Notes: generated from the letters alone by a model not told the origin. A stretch of 64,000 bases of DNA from Raillietiella orientalis (GCA_036172245.1 JAYWIR010000001.1:7502001-7566000), one strand, 5' to 3'; counted from the stretch's first letter, positions 1-13,249 are shown. Numbers and translations: made by a program.

Positions 1-599
1 GACAGCCGCTCCTAGAGGCTCAGCTCGGAGTTTGCTGCTCCTCACCCGGTGTGCTTCCTCCGCATCCTTCCAGCGAGTGGGCTCCGGCCTCCTGGATTAA
101 GGGGTCCCAAGTATGGTAGCAGACCCTCTGGAAACTGCATTGCCCCTTCCCATGGCTCTAGAGGGAAAAAAGGGTAGACGGGAACCCCCCCTCTCTCCAG
201 GAGAAGAGGGATAGGTCCAGGGGAGGACGAATCCTGTACACTGGAGCGGGTGAGATAGGGACGAGAAGGAGGCGGAGAGGAACTCGGCGACTTCCTCGAA
301 CGGCTCGCTTCCTCACCACCTCCTCCCATGCCCCCTTCTCCCGCCCTTGCCCTACGCTCCCGTCCCCATCGCGGCTCCGCAGCGCGCGCTTTTTGCTCCG
401 CGCAGGGCGGGTGGCAGCCACGGCGAGACGCACCATCCCTCTTCTTCCTCTTCCTCCTCCCAGGTTTTATTTTCGTCTGCTCAAGCGCCCTGGAGTCCTG
501 GAAACGGCTGTTTGCCGGGAGCGCTTCCCGCGACCCAATTAACGCTTTTCATTTCAGCCATTGTTCTCCCCCGTTGGGGGGAGGAGGAGAAAAGGAGTG

Positions 600-1450
600 G
601 GAGGATGGGTAGGGAGAGGAGGGACGTGCGGGTGTCTCGCTTCCCTCGCTCCAGACGAGTCTCAAGAGAGACCAGGAAGATGGGACGGGCGGCGAGCAGA
701 ATAGAGCGTGCCCCTCGGGGGGTAGGGGGGGGGAAGCGTCCCTCCTTCCTCTCCCCAAGGGATGAGAGGAGGGTGATGCTCATCTCGGACACTCGCTCGG
801 TTTAGAAACGCTCCCTCTTCGAAGCTCCCGGATTCCTGGAAGGGAGGAGGGTTGGAGGAGGGGGGAAGAAAGTGAGGGAGGACAGAGAGGGCGGGAGGGA
901 GGGTCATCACCCCAGTGGAGCCAAAGGGACTGAGCCGAGGGGGAGAGGATAGTACCTCGAAGTGGAGGATCTGGCAGACCAGGAGTAGGATGGCCTCCTT
1001 CCTCCTTTGTCCTACCTCTCTCTCCACCCTTATCTTCCTTGAGGAAGACCTGCCAGATAGAGCGCGCAGGGACGAGAAGAAAAAGGAGTATTCCCAGAGT
1101 CTGCTGCCGAGTCGATCCCCAGGAAGAACGCAGTAGCTCCTGCAGACACAGCTTCCAGTAGCTCCTGGGATAGAAAGAAGTCGTCGCTGCGACGCACGCT
1201 GGAGGAATTAGAAGGAGCTCTACTTCCTCCGCGACTGGGCTGCCCTCTCATCTCCTATTCTTCGAAGGGAAGGAGAATGAGAGGGGAAGAGGGAAAGGTC
1301 CGCGCCGCGTGAGTGACGTTTTCCTGTCCCAGGGGACTTTCGGGTGGGCTGGAAGGCCCACCGAGAGCTTTCAGCGGACCTGGAGCTCCTGAATCTGCAA
1401 CTGCTGGTCCCCCGTCTCCCCCATGGAGCTCCTGACCCCTTATTCGGCAT
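600..1450 (-). pseudogene. Highly decayed LINE RT N-terminal region
   Basis: In the expected order on the minus strand: KSPGTG (KSPGxDG-like, ~1340), frameshifted RP/ILLLVC-QIL (RPISLLNxDYKIL-like, ~990), IFLVSLE (LxSLDxEKAFD-like, ~670). All are degenerate. Confidence 0.3.
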
Positions 1451-1999
1451 CGACTAGTTGCCTGGAAGGAGAGTTGCCTGCGGATCTGATCGGTTGGGGA
1501 GGGGGGGAGGAAGGATGCGCACTGTAGGGGATAAGGGGGGTGAATGGAGAGACGAAGCGGAGGGGGGCAGCGGCGCCTCTCGGGCTCCCCACGCGCTCTC
1601 AGCGATGCCTGGAAACTTCCTTCTTTCGTCTGGATCGTCCCGAGCCGAAACTAGCGGGATGGGCGCCGTTTTCCGGAAGAATTCCCTTCCCGAAAGCCCC
1701 GCGTGTTCTGGGGAGCTTCCGGCTGAAGGCTCCCGTGCTCTTTTGGCCCACGACGAAGGAGGCGAAGGGGTTCCGTCGACTCGGACCCCGGCGGAGAGCA
1801 CGAAATCGCCCCAGCGCGGTGCAGCTAGGAAAGACAGAGGTCACTCGGGTGCCAAGGGAGGTAGAAAGGGAAAGGAAGACCCGAAATCTGACGAGCCTCG
1901 TCATTTGGCATGGGCAGGCCAAGGACTCGCAGAGCACTTCTCATGGGGGTCGCGGGTTTCCCACCCTCAGTTCCCCCTCCCGTCGAGAGTCCCTCTTCC

Positions 2000-2270
2000 C
2001 CAGCAGCAGCATCAGTGGCAGCAAGACAGCAACAACAACTACAACAAGAAGAGCAACAGCACCATCACCAAAAAGAATAGAAACCGCACCAACTACAAGA
2101 ACAGATGCAGCAACAGCAGCAACTACAAAAACAACAGCACAATCACCAACAAGAATAGAAACCGCACCAACTACAAGAACAGATGCAGCAACTGCAAAAA
2201 CAACAGCACAATCACCAACAAGAACAGCAGCAGCACCAATGACAGCAGGACGGCAGCCAGAACTACAACA
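2000..2270 (+). repeat. CAA/CAG-rich low-complexity tract containing an imperfect ~70-78 nt tandem duplication
   Basis: AAGAATAGAAACCGCACCAACTACAAGAACAGATGCAGCAAC occurs at 2073 and 2151. One frame reads as a Gln-rich peptide broken by TAG/TGA stops. Confidence 0.8.
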
Positions 2271-5200
2271 AAAACAGTCCCGTCCCTCTCTCGCTCTCCC
2301 GCCTTCTCTTACCCCCGGTCGGCAGGGGATCCCCTGCACATCTGATTTTGACCTGCCACTGCTGGCACGAGGGCTTTTCGGACGTACCAGTGCCCCGCCG
2401 ACCTCGGCAGGGCGAGTGGAGCAGTGGACTCGAGATGGCGTTTCGTCCTCCCCTTCTCCTGTCCCCCTTCTTTTCCCCTTTGTTTCCGGAGCATCACGCT
2501 CTCCGTTTCCGAGGTCAGCCCATCACAATGGGAACTCCGAGATAGGGGGATTCTCTCGGAAGCCGGCGGCGGCCAGGCGCCAGCAGCACCCCATGACCCA
2601 AATCTTCCACCTCTGACCCCTTTTTTTTCTTCGCCCCCTGTCGGATGCGTTTTGTGGCCGCCCCTTGGACCGGGAAAATCGGGAAGGATTAGATCGAGGT
2701 GTCCCGGTGGCGGCGGCAGCGTCCAACAATCGGGGTAGTCCGAATCCCGTCTCCCGGCCGGGAAGGGGAACGATCCTCCCTCCTTTTCTTCTCCCCGTCT
2801 CCCCCACTCCCTTTGTTCCGCTCTTGTCCTTTTTCCCCCGCTTCCCATGCGTGCGCCGGTTCCAGACGTCCCGGCGAATCCCCCCCCCCTCCTATTCTGC
2901 CTCTTTCCTTTCTCATTTGTTTGAGGGATCAACAAAAAGGAAAGCAAGGGTTCGGGAAGAGCGAGCTGAGAGCAAGGGAAGTGTATGGTGAGGCGTTCAC
3001 CCCCTCAGGAAGGTCCTCGGACGCTTCCAGGAAGCTCCTGCGCGCGGAATCCGAGAGGAGCCACCAGAGCTGCCCTCGACAGAGCTATGTCTCAGGAACG
3101 AGCACCCTTCTCCGCGACTCTCCCTGGGGAGGGAGTGGGGAGGGGGAAGGGGAACCTTCGAAGGAAGGGACGAAGAACCTCGACCTTTTCCTCCTCCCTG
3201 CCGTTCCATCCCTTCCCCCTCGTTTCCTTTTTCTACGACCTTTCGCTTTCTGAACCGGAAGGAGGATATTCCCAGTCCTCCAGGACGAGTCCTTCCTAGG
3301 GTCCCCTTCCCTGGGTCGGCGGCCTCGATTCTCCGCCTTTGGGGCTGCCCCTGCCAGGCCTCCCGGCCACCGTTGACTGGTGGTGCTTCTCCTTTGCTGC
3401 TGCGATGGGGCGGTCGGCTCCATGCAAACATCACCGACCCTTTGGCTCCTGGGAGGCCTCAGCAGAAGAGCGGAATGGGAAGAGGAAAGAACAGTGGGCG
3501 GACCGTCGAGTTAGCCCCCAAGAACTGGGGCAGATTTCTCCATGAACGCTTCAGGGATTGTCCCGTTCCCCTAACCCTTCTCCTGTGTCCGCTGGTGCCT
3601 GAGAGGGAAAGGCAATCCAGGCAAAGCTTCCCCTCCCTTCGATTCCGCTCCCGAAAGGACCGCCCTCCCACAAATGGAAATCTCTGAGCCTGCCGATAGC
3701 CACCGCTCACTCCTTCTTCCCCCTCGAAAGCATGGTACCCCACTCCAGGAAGGGCTCTTCCTGGAAGGAGGACACTCTGCCTAAGGGGACAGAGGAAGGG
3801 AGTCAGGGTTCCCTCCCTCGGTCAGAGGAGCTTGATCAGGGGTGTCCCGAAGAGGCGAGAGAGGGGTCGTAATCAGCGTCATGGACCAACGGGGCACGAG
3901 GAGGAGGAACTGGAGCCAGTGAGGATCGCCGCGGGGAGCAGATTGGCCGGCATGAAGTCCCACGTGCTTGCATGAAGAGGACGCGGGACCTGGCAGCGGA
4001 GCACTCGAATCCTTCATCACCTTTCCTCGTCCTCCGGAGCAGCCTCGCAGGATCTTCACCAATCAGCCGATCTTCGTGGCTCTTGTCTTTCATAGCCATG
4101 CCTCCTCCCTCGTCGTCCCCTAGCGAACTTCTCTCCCTCGCCCCTTCATCGTTTGCACGTTTCTTCCTCTCCTCCTCCTCCTCCCTTCATCCTGATCGTT
4201 GCTGCCGTTGTCATCGGGATCGTCATCAGTAGCATCAGTAGCACCACCACCAGCCCCACCACCAGCAGCAGTAGCAGGGCCTTCGTCGGCACGACCATCC
4301 TTCATTCCTCGTCGCCCTGACTCTCCCTCCTCTCCTCTTCCTCTCCCCCTTCCTTTCCTCTTCTCTGACACTTCCTAATTCTTCCGAGCTGATGGGAAGC
4401 GCCGATCGCCAATCAAAGGGCCCGCAAGGCGTGACCCTTTGATTTGCCCGCTCGCGAAATCGCCGAGCGACAGAAACGACCACTGATGGATGCCTCTCTC
4501 GGAGCCCTGCGGCGGGGAGAAAAAGGAAAGCAGGACTCAAGCGCCGCGTCCTTCCACCCGGCATCCCACCTTCGGCAGCCTCCCTTGAGTCGATTAGAGC
4601 AACTCTCCTCGTTTTCCGGAGGGAACCCCCGTGTCACCCCGTTCGACGGGACGTCTGTATTTTCTCGCATGAGGCGGCGGGACGCCTCTGATTGGCTGCC
4701 GCTATCCAGCCCTCAGAAGCAGGACAAAAAAGAGCAGGACGAGGAAGCTGCTGCAGCCGAGAGGAGGAGGGAGGATCGTCTTTTCCTCTTTTAAAGTGGC
4801 ATCCGAAAATAAACATCCCGTGAAGCCAAATTACACGAAAGATTAATTGCAGCAGAGCAGATTATACGAAAGATGGATCGTGCCGAGACGAGTTGCCCGG
4901 GAGATTGATGATCCAAGATGGGATAATTACGCCGTCCGCACGAAGCCAGGGGTCAACCCTGCCCGTCACGCGGGAGGCTCCGAGCAGGAGGCCTTTCTTC
5001 CACCTCCCCTTTCAGAGCAGTCCCAACTTCCCGTCCGGACCTACTTAAAATAAAAAAACAATTAGCGCAATGGGCGCGTCGGGACGAAGGGGTGAAGCGG
5101 GGAGGGGCCGCGAGAGAGGACGGTACAGAGGGGAGGGGAAAGGGAAACTCCCTCCACGCGGCGGCACCGGAGCCTAGCGCGAGCCGGAATGAGGGAAGAG

Positions 5201-5299
5201 GGGAGGGGAAAAAGGAGGAAGCAGCAACGAGCCCGCAAGACCCTGCTGCTGCTGAGGGGAGACGACCGCATTCGCGCTCACCTGACCCCAGCTTTCTCT

Positions 5300-5940
5300 C
5301 CAGCCCTTCGTTTCCCGCTTCCCACATACCCACCCAGGTATCCTCCCACTCTTTCTCCTTTCCTTTTTCTGTTTTCCCTCTGCTTGCTTCCTCCTCTTCC
5401 TTTTCTTCACCTTTCCCGCTTTTGCATTTCTTCCTTCTTCCGGCCCTGTTCCTTCCACTATTTTCCCCCATCCTTCACCTCCTCCTTTTCACTTTCTCTC
5501 ACTCCTCTTTGCCCTCCTTTTCTGCTCCTTTCCTCATCTGACTCTTCCCTATTCCCACCACCATTGTCTCATCCTCTTCCTCCTTTCCACCGCCACCACT
5601 TCCTCCTACTCCGCCCTCTTTCCACCACCCCTTCCATCTACTTCTCCTCTTCCTCTTTTCCACTGTCACCATTTCCTCCTACTCCGCTTTCTTTCCACAA
5701 CCGTCTCCTCCTATTATACCCTCTTTCCACCACCCCCGCCATCTCCCTCCCACTACTGCTTTCTACCACCACCACTTTCTACTCCCGTCCCGCCACCATC
5801 TCCCTCCCTCCCTGGCGCCTTTTCCTTTCCATCTCTTCCTTCTCCTGCTCGTCCTCCTTTCCACCTTCTCTCTTCGCCCTTCTTCTCCCCCCCCCTCCCC
5901 TTTCCCCCTCTTGTTCCCTCCTTCCTCCCTTCACCCGTGG
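5300..5940. repeat. Polypyrimidine (CT-rich) / polypurine low-complexity tract
   Basis: About 640 nt dominated by TCC/CTT/CCA motifs with very few G on the + strand. Confidence 0.85.
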
Positions 5941-7639
5941 GTAAGCCAGATTAAAAACTTGTTTTCCTTACCCGGACGCAGAGCTTTACATGTGTTCCAT
6001 TTGTAAAAACGGCGCTCCCCGGATCCAGTGTCTCCCTAATTACATTTTTCATGATGTGCGCTGATGTGCTCCCCGCTTCGAAGTGACAATGCCGTCTACC
6101 AAAAAGGAAAGAAAGAAAGAAAAAAAAGAAAGAAAGAAAGAAAAAAGAAGGGAAAAGAAAAGGAGGCGGCGGCGTCTTCTACGCTTGAATGAGTCGCCCG
6201 CTCATGGAAGACGAGCGAGGGAGTCCCCTGCCCGTGCCCGAACCTAGCTGCAGATGCGTCCGAGCAGCGCGGGGGTGGGGTGGGGAGGGCATCTTCCGCA
6301 AGCACGCCGGCATGCCAACCGTAGGCGGAGGGGACTCGATAGGGCTCTGCGAGGACGGGAAGGAGCCGCCACCATTCCCCCGCCACCTTTCGTTCGATTC
6401 CCTGGGAGCGAGACGGGGACTGGGGCCTCTCCTCTTCGCTTCTTCTCTGATCCCTGCTTCCCCCGAGGTTCGGTCAGCGAGGCCAACTGGGGCATCTGGG
6501 CAACCCCGAGGTCCCGCATCCCTTCCGCTTGCTGCTGCAGAAATCCGCTCCCGGCTCCGAACTCCCGGACGCAGGAAAGTGTCCGTCTCCGGGGCGGCCT
6601 CCGAAGGGCGCAGCTCCTTCCCGGGAGGGAGTGCGGATGCCGCTGCTCCATGGGTGGAGCGGGGGAAGTGCCTCCTCTGTGACCTCAGGCGTTGATGGGA
6701 AAGCGAAGAGCGCCGTCGGCGCGAGGATGCCCTGCACGGCGGGAAGCCGCGGCGGGGGTCGCCCCCGGCTCCGGCCGCACCTCTCAGATTCCTAAGCCTT
6801 CCCTCCGGGTCCAGGTGCAGGGTTCCCGTGACCCCCGGCTCCACGCCGGATCGCATCCGAATTCTCGCGCTGGGCTCCAGCCGCCCGCACACCGCTGCCA
6901 GAGCGCGCGCATCGGCTGGGTGCGCGCTCACGCTGCTGCACTACCGGACGCCCGCTCGTTGCGCCTTCGTTCCGGAGAGACAGGAAAGGAAATGAACACC
7001 CACGGGCGCCGCAAGTGTCGCTGCCCGCGGACGGGCAAGCGCGCGCACATCAGGTATACCTCCCCTCCCCTGGTTGTCTGACGCCGGTGAGAGGGCCAGG
7101 AGGCAGCGAAACCTGGAGGCGGCGAGAACGAGCTATCGACCAGTTCCGGTGGTCTCGCACCAACAGGAACCGGCGCAAGCTCCCGGCAGTCTTCGGGGGT
7201 TCCCCCTCCCGCGCGCGGGAAGCACGCGATTCCGCTGTCCCCTCCTGCATGTCCCGACCCGCGGCTCCTCATCCCCTCATCCTCCCTTCCTTCCCCCGGT
7301 CTTCTGCGCAGCCGTGCAGAGGGGGAAGACAACATACCGCGCCCTCCCGTAGATCCAGGGAAGTCTCCGGATGGACTTGCCGCTTCTCAGCCGCCGCGCA
7401 ACCTGGACGACCAGAAATCAGCACAAGACGTGCAGGCGGCAGCAACGAAAAGGAAGCGATCCGACTGGATGGGGCTCGACGCCGGGTCAGCTTCATGGTG
7501 ACGATGCAACGGTAGGGAGCGTGATGACGACACCGGTGGTGACGACCCCACGACAAGGGAGACGACGGCAGCAATCACGATGATGGTGGCGGCGACGGTG
7601 CCCATGACGACAGCGGTGGTCATGCTAATGACGGGAAGC

Positions 7640-7940
7640 TCCGCTGTTTCTGCCTGGATCATACAGAGAGGGAGGCACCGGAATCTCCTTGAATACTCGC
7701 CGGTAGCCTCCCGTCGTCTTCGCGACGTTCCCCTCCTCTGTCCGCACCTGAGGATCGACAAGGAGGACCTCATCCCGAAGCACATCAGGACCCTCCCCGA
7801 CGTCTCGATGCGCTCCGGACGTCCCGCTGCCTTCGACGCATCGGAGCTGCCGGAGGGGTTCTCGCGACTCCAGGAGTTCCTCAAGCCATTTTTCCGAAAC
7901 CTCCGGCAGATGTCCTCGAGTGTGTCCGGTCCTCTTTGCT
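7640..7940 (-). pseudogene. Possible Tx1-like ORF1 (RRM-like) relic
   Basis: HLPEVSEKWLEELLES...TGGYRRVFKEIPVPPSLYDPGR resembles the TGxRxV...IPxxLxIxG segment that precedes LINE ORF1 zinc knuckles. Confidence 0.3.
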
Positions 7941-8715
7941 CGTAACCGCCGGGCTAGACCGTAGGAGGGTGCGAGGGCAGTGGTTTCGGGACCGCCGAAG
8001 AGGGGGCAAGAGAGAGGAAGGGCAGGAAGAAGAGACAGGTGGGATTCGCCCCCTCTCCCCTTCCCATCCCAACCACGGAGATATCGAGCGGATCCTTCCC
8101 TCCCTCCTCCTTTCCCCTGCTCTCTATCTCTCGCACCTCCTGCCCAACTCATTGTGCCTCCCCCCTCGACCCGGTGATCTCCCGATCGCGAAACCCCGCG
8201 GAGGAAGGGGAGGAAGGGGGGCGTCGGCGACGCGAAGACGCGTGCTTCTTCCCCTTTCCTCCCTCCACGAGCGCGCGCAGCTCGTTCCTGCCCGGACCGC
8301 CGCGGGGCGGACGGGAAGAGGAGGGTGCGGAGGAGGAGCAGGCCGGACCGATCAGTACCCGAAGCCGCGTCTCCTCTCCCTGCTCGCGCGCGGCGAGGGA
8401 TTCCCCTCCCCCCTTCCGTCTCTCCCACCGGGCCGTATTTCAAATCTTCGCTTTAATTGTTGCATCCATCAGAGGGCCCCCATGCTGATGGTCTCTTCCG
8501 GTCCTCACAAATCACTCCGGTTCGAACTGGAGGCTCCCGCTTGTATCTTCATCCGCGATCTGCCTGGAATGCCGACCCGCTTTATCTGGCCTCTCCTCCT
8601 CCTCCGTGCGATGAAAACGAATGACGGACGGCGCGAAGATAAAAATTTTAAAACGGGAAGGGGAGCGGGGGAGGGGGAAGAGGAGGGGGAAAAGGGGAAC
8701 GGGGAAGGAAAAACA

Positions 8716-8734
8716 GCGCGCGCGCGCGCGCGCG
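8716..8734. repeat. (GC)9 dinucleotide repeat
   Basis: gcgcgcgcgcgcgcgcgcg read directly. Confidence 0.9.
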
Positions 8735-10399
8735 AGGCTGCGCGTCCCGTCGTGGGAGGCGATCAGTCCCCGAGGCCGGTTCCGGGGATTTCGCCGGACG
8801 GCCCCGGAGGCGGCAGGAAGGCTCCTGCTAACTTCCTCCCCCCCTTTTCTCGCCTGCTCTCGCGGTGGAGATGCCCGGTGGGAAGGCGTGAGAACGCCAA
8901 GAAGGTTGCCCTTCCAGATGCAGCAGCAACCGCTGCTGGCGTCCTCCCGCCCGCGCTTCTCCCAGGACTTCCCCGCCCCTTTCGATCGAATCAAGAGTTG
9001 GCAGGAACTTCCGGACGAGCGGAGAACGAGGCACTGGACACGTTGGCGGTCCTGCCGCCTGGTGGCAGCAGAGGCGGCCAGCTCTTCCGAGATTCTGCAT
9101 TCGTCGGCACTGCGCGCATCCGGAAGTACGTGCAAGCCCTATTTTTCTCTTGTCCCTCCCCACTGCTTCCCTAGTTACGTCCCCAGCGAGGCTCGGACCC
9201 TTTTTCCGCCCCATGTTGGCAAATGGTTGACCCTTTGATTTATAAAAAGGAATAGGTCTATTTTAAATGAATGCGTCCGCGTACCTACGATGAGGGGATG
9301 CCCCTCAGTCATCCTGTCCCCTCTTTCGAGAAAGGAAAAAAAAAAGTGTCTTTCCCCTGCCATTCCGGGGTACGACTCTATGCCTTTTTCGGGCGTCCTC
9401 GACGATGACGTCACGCGGAAACGGCGGCAAGCCATTCGCCGATTTCCTGCCACTCGACGCGCGGTAACATCCGCGATCTATCGATCCGAGCGGAGGCGGA
9501 CAAAAAAAAAAAAAAAAGAGGGTGCCTGATCCCTCCTTGCGGTTTCCCGTAGAGGGGGGGGGTTCGACGGAAATCGAGGGCTTCGCCTCCGGGCATTTTC
9601 GCCGTCCGGCCTCCCCCTGAGCTCACTCTGGCACGCCGCGCCTCGAGAGCTTGGAACGGCCGCCCGGGAGATTCAGATCACTCTCCTCCTCCTCCTTGAG
9701 AGACAATGGCGGCGGCGGACCACTCCAGGAGACTCGTCCCTTCCTTGTGTCCGGGAGTGGGAGGTGATCGGCATTTGACCTCGCCTCTGGCTGCAGACCG
9801 TCTTCCTCGCTCTCCCAAGGAAAAGAGAACCTGAAATACCACAGGCTGCTGATGGGAGATCGCTCAATGCCACCTCCTCGCCGGTGTGTCTCCCAGGTCC
9901 TGAGTTCTTCGAGAGTACCTAGATGGGATGTCCTCCTGGTGCCTTCCCTCCCTGACTGCTTCCCACACTTAGTTTCTCACCTTGGACGCCTTGGAATCTC
10001 CGAGCGATCACGGTTGGTGGCATCTCTGTCCTGACCTCGAGATCAGCCGGAAGCGTAGAATCGGAACCCGCGCCATTCGGCCGTTTCCATGGAAAATCTT
10101 TCCCCACTGAACGGCTTCCGAAACTCTCCAGCGAGGAAAGCGCGCTGGTCCTCGGCGGACTCGTGTGCCCTTCACCTCCTTCCCCCAGCGGGTGGGTCGC
10201 CCCTCTCGACCCCGAACCAGTCCCCAGATTGCTCAAGAAAGAGAACGAGGAACGTTCTTCTCTTCCATGCGTTGCGCACGGGGACCTCGGCTTCTCTCCC
10301 ACGCAACCGGACCGCCAGCAATGGCAGCTGAACACGTTTCCTCCTCTTGGGAGCTCCGTGGATCTCCTGAGGAATTTCCATCCCGGTGACTCACTGTCA

Positions 10400-10665
10400 G
10401 ACACTCCACTACCACCAATTCAGTAACAAGAACAGCAGCACCAGTGACAACACGACGGCAGCAGCAACTACTACAAGAACAGAAACAGCACCCATAAGAA
10501 CAGCAACAGCAAGAACATCAGTGACAGCACGTGGAGCACCAACGACGGCAGGAATAACAGAGCCAATAAAACTACCTCGAGCACCGCCAGCAAGGACAGC
10601 ACGAGCGACAGCAGCAGCAGAAACAACAGGCATTACCAGCAAGAACATCAGCGAGGACACTAGCA
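10400..10665 (+). repeat. Second CAG/CAA-rich low-complexity tract similar to 2000-2270
   Basis: Shares words such as AACAAGAACAGCAGCA and ACTACAAGAACAGA. Gln-rich reading with stops. Confidence 0.7.
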
Positions 10666-11381
10666 GTGCCCTCGCTTATGTTCAGCCAGCGGCTCCTACG
10701 TCCTCAGCAGGGATAGTCGGTCTCGATATTCGAGTTGAAGTCCGAGCACCAAGGGGCTCCCGATTGCTCGAGGAAGTCCTTGCTTTCACTCTTTTCTTGC
10801 ACACCTTCCGGTAGCGCTCCTGGCGCTGCTTGCCCGCAGCACCTGCCGTTGCGGCACGATACAGACCACTTCTGCAGGCGGCGCAGGGGACCGCATGCAG
10901 CCTCTTGGAGTCCTCCTCGAGTGCAGAGGGAGAGGGTGGCGGCGGAGAGCAGGACTGGAGACCTCGGGAGCAGATGGCGCAGAGGCCCAAGCAGATCCCT
11001 CGGCAGGAAGCCGCAGGACTCGTCTATAGCGGCGGCAGCGGTGGGAGATCTTGTCCGAGTGGTCACGCTCCTTCCACTCGGGCTCTCCTCGAGGAGCAGG
11101 AGCTTCTCTGAGGCGGTCCCAGACTTCCTTCTCCCTTCATCCGCTCATCCTCCGGGTCGAGGAAGAGCCCAGACTGGGGAATGCAGCCGGTTTTTCCACC
11201 AGAAGTTCACGCGCTGGTGGAAAGGCAGAGGGAGGCGGAGGACGTCCTCGACGAGGAGGCGCGCGATTCCTCTGCTGGCTCTGGAAGGGAGCAGCCTCCT
11301 CGTGAGCGCCTCTCCCCCCTCAGTTTCCATCGACCGCAGTGGATAGGCTGACGGTGATTCCTTCTGGGCGCCCTCCTATCC

Positions 11382-12925
11382 TTGCAGCCCGTCGGCGATC
11401 GGCCCGTTCCAGGATGGCAAGTTTCTCTTGCCGGAACAGGCCGCAGTGTAAAACGCATTCGTATTCCCCTCTTCCGCCCCCTTCTTTTTGCTTGTCCCTT
11501 ACCGAGTAGCATTAAAAGGCAGACGAAGAACCTCCTCAGAATAGCCCTCTGGGACACAGGGAGACCCCGAGTCCGCCTGAAGGACTTGTGAACACCGCGT
11601 CGCGACGGAGCCTCGGCCTCCTGACTCTGGAGCTCCTGGAGCGTGGAGGGCGCTTGCCCTAGTGGCGAAGTTTTGGAGCATGAACTTTTGTGAACTCGCA
11701 CGTTACCTCGTCAAGCGGGCCACCGGCCACGTGGGATGTGTCCGTTCCTGGCGCGGCGGCGCAGGCGCAACGTGCTCAACTGCGGACTGGAGCTCCTGCG
11801 AGTGGCCAAGCTGACCCGAACCAACAACTGGATCTTCTGCCGGCCCGCGAACAGTGGTGCCTGGCTGCAGGAAACCGTTTGCACATGGATGAAGAACAAC
11901 GAAGCGGTCCCGGAGATGCAGCAACGACTGCTGCACTTCTTCTACAACAACCGCTCGCTGTAGGATGTAATCGTGCAGTCCACCACGTGTGTGTTCACAC
12001 AAAGAACCTCCCTAGCCGCGGCACTGCTCTACCTCAGGGAGCACCTAGGCAGTAACCAGCTGGCCAAATGGGAGGTCAGTTGCGAAATCAGTCAGAAAAC
12101 GAGGGAACTAGGTGGTTGGACCACGGGCCAGCTCACGGGTTCTGAGACCCAAAGTGCCTCACCGAAAGGACTATTGCGCTGGGGCGAGCTGCTGAAAATC
12201 TCCCAGGAAGTCCTTGAATGACCCTCAGAGCTGAAGAACAACAGAACAGACCCCTGAAGGGGCGGCCGTCATCACTTCTGCTGTTGCACGGGGGTTTCCA
12301 GTGCAACGCCCTCCTCTTCTACTGGACCCGGAGGACTGTGGACATCAACTGTCGCAGATGCGAGGGACGGGAATCCCTCCCGCACCTACATGTAGACTGT
12401 TGCCACCGGCCCCTGTGGTTGCGTTTACTCAACAGCCCTCGGTGCAATGACGGACCATCCCAAGGACGTGTTGAAGCTTCTCTTCGTGAGCGACACCCTT
12501 TCGCCTGCCGCATCCTCATCAGCTCTTTGCTACTACCTACGTGGGATTATGGCGGCCTGGAGCTACGCAAGAGGAGGACGGCGCGAGAGGGACGCCACCT
12601 GCTTCTCCCTGCGCATCATGAGGATGGCAGCAAGATGGTCCCACCTGGGGCATACTCGGATGGATTTCGCCGGCATCTTGGAAAGGATGCAGAGGACGCC
12701 CTCCAGCTCCCGGTGATCCTTTCCCTGACCCTCCCAGTTGTTTTATATATAATGCTTTTTGTTTTATTTTCATTTTTGTTTGGCCCCTCCCCCTCTGCTG
12801 CCGAGGCGAACCTCGCCGGCCACGTGCCGGTTACTCGGCAGGTTCCGAGCATTTTCGGACAATGTAGGGCCAATGGCCTACAGATGTTTGTTTATTTTTA
12901 AAATAAATGCCCCGGCATGACCGGG
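11382..12925 (+). mobile_element. Tx1/L1-like LINE relic: ORF2 C-terminus (post-RT, CCHC zinc finger) plus 3' UTR
   Basis: IPLFRPLLFACPLP...IALWDTGRPRVRLKDL*TPRRDG; LLLHGGFQCN...CRRCEGRESLPHLHVDC (zf-RVT type); RWSHLGHTRMDFAGILERM..SR*. These are followed by a T-rich UTR, AATAAA (12902) and a terminal hairpin. Colinear with the 14521-16330 relic. Confidence 0.75.
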
Positions 12926-13249
12926 CGGTAAGTCATCTCCGCGGCACGCGGCTCTCTCCAGGGAACCGTCCCCACCTAGCCTCGATGAGCGGAATATTTT
13001 GGTATCGAACTCTTCGTTGAGCATCCGTATGCTGGAAGGAACCGTCTGAATCCGAGGTGGGGGACATCTTTTTCGTTCCTGCAGACCCTCAATCCCCTAC
13101 CACACCTCCATGATCTCACGATCTCCCTGATTTCTCGAATGCGTCGGCATAGACTGGCTTGGCGTCATCCCTGCCCCCTGCTCCCCTAGCTGTACCCCGG
13201 CCTTCCCTGAAAGCCAAGCCGCCGCCTCGTTCCATGGAGGTTCCTCCTC

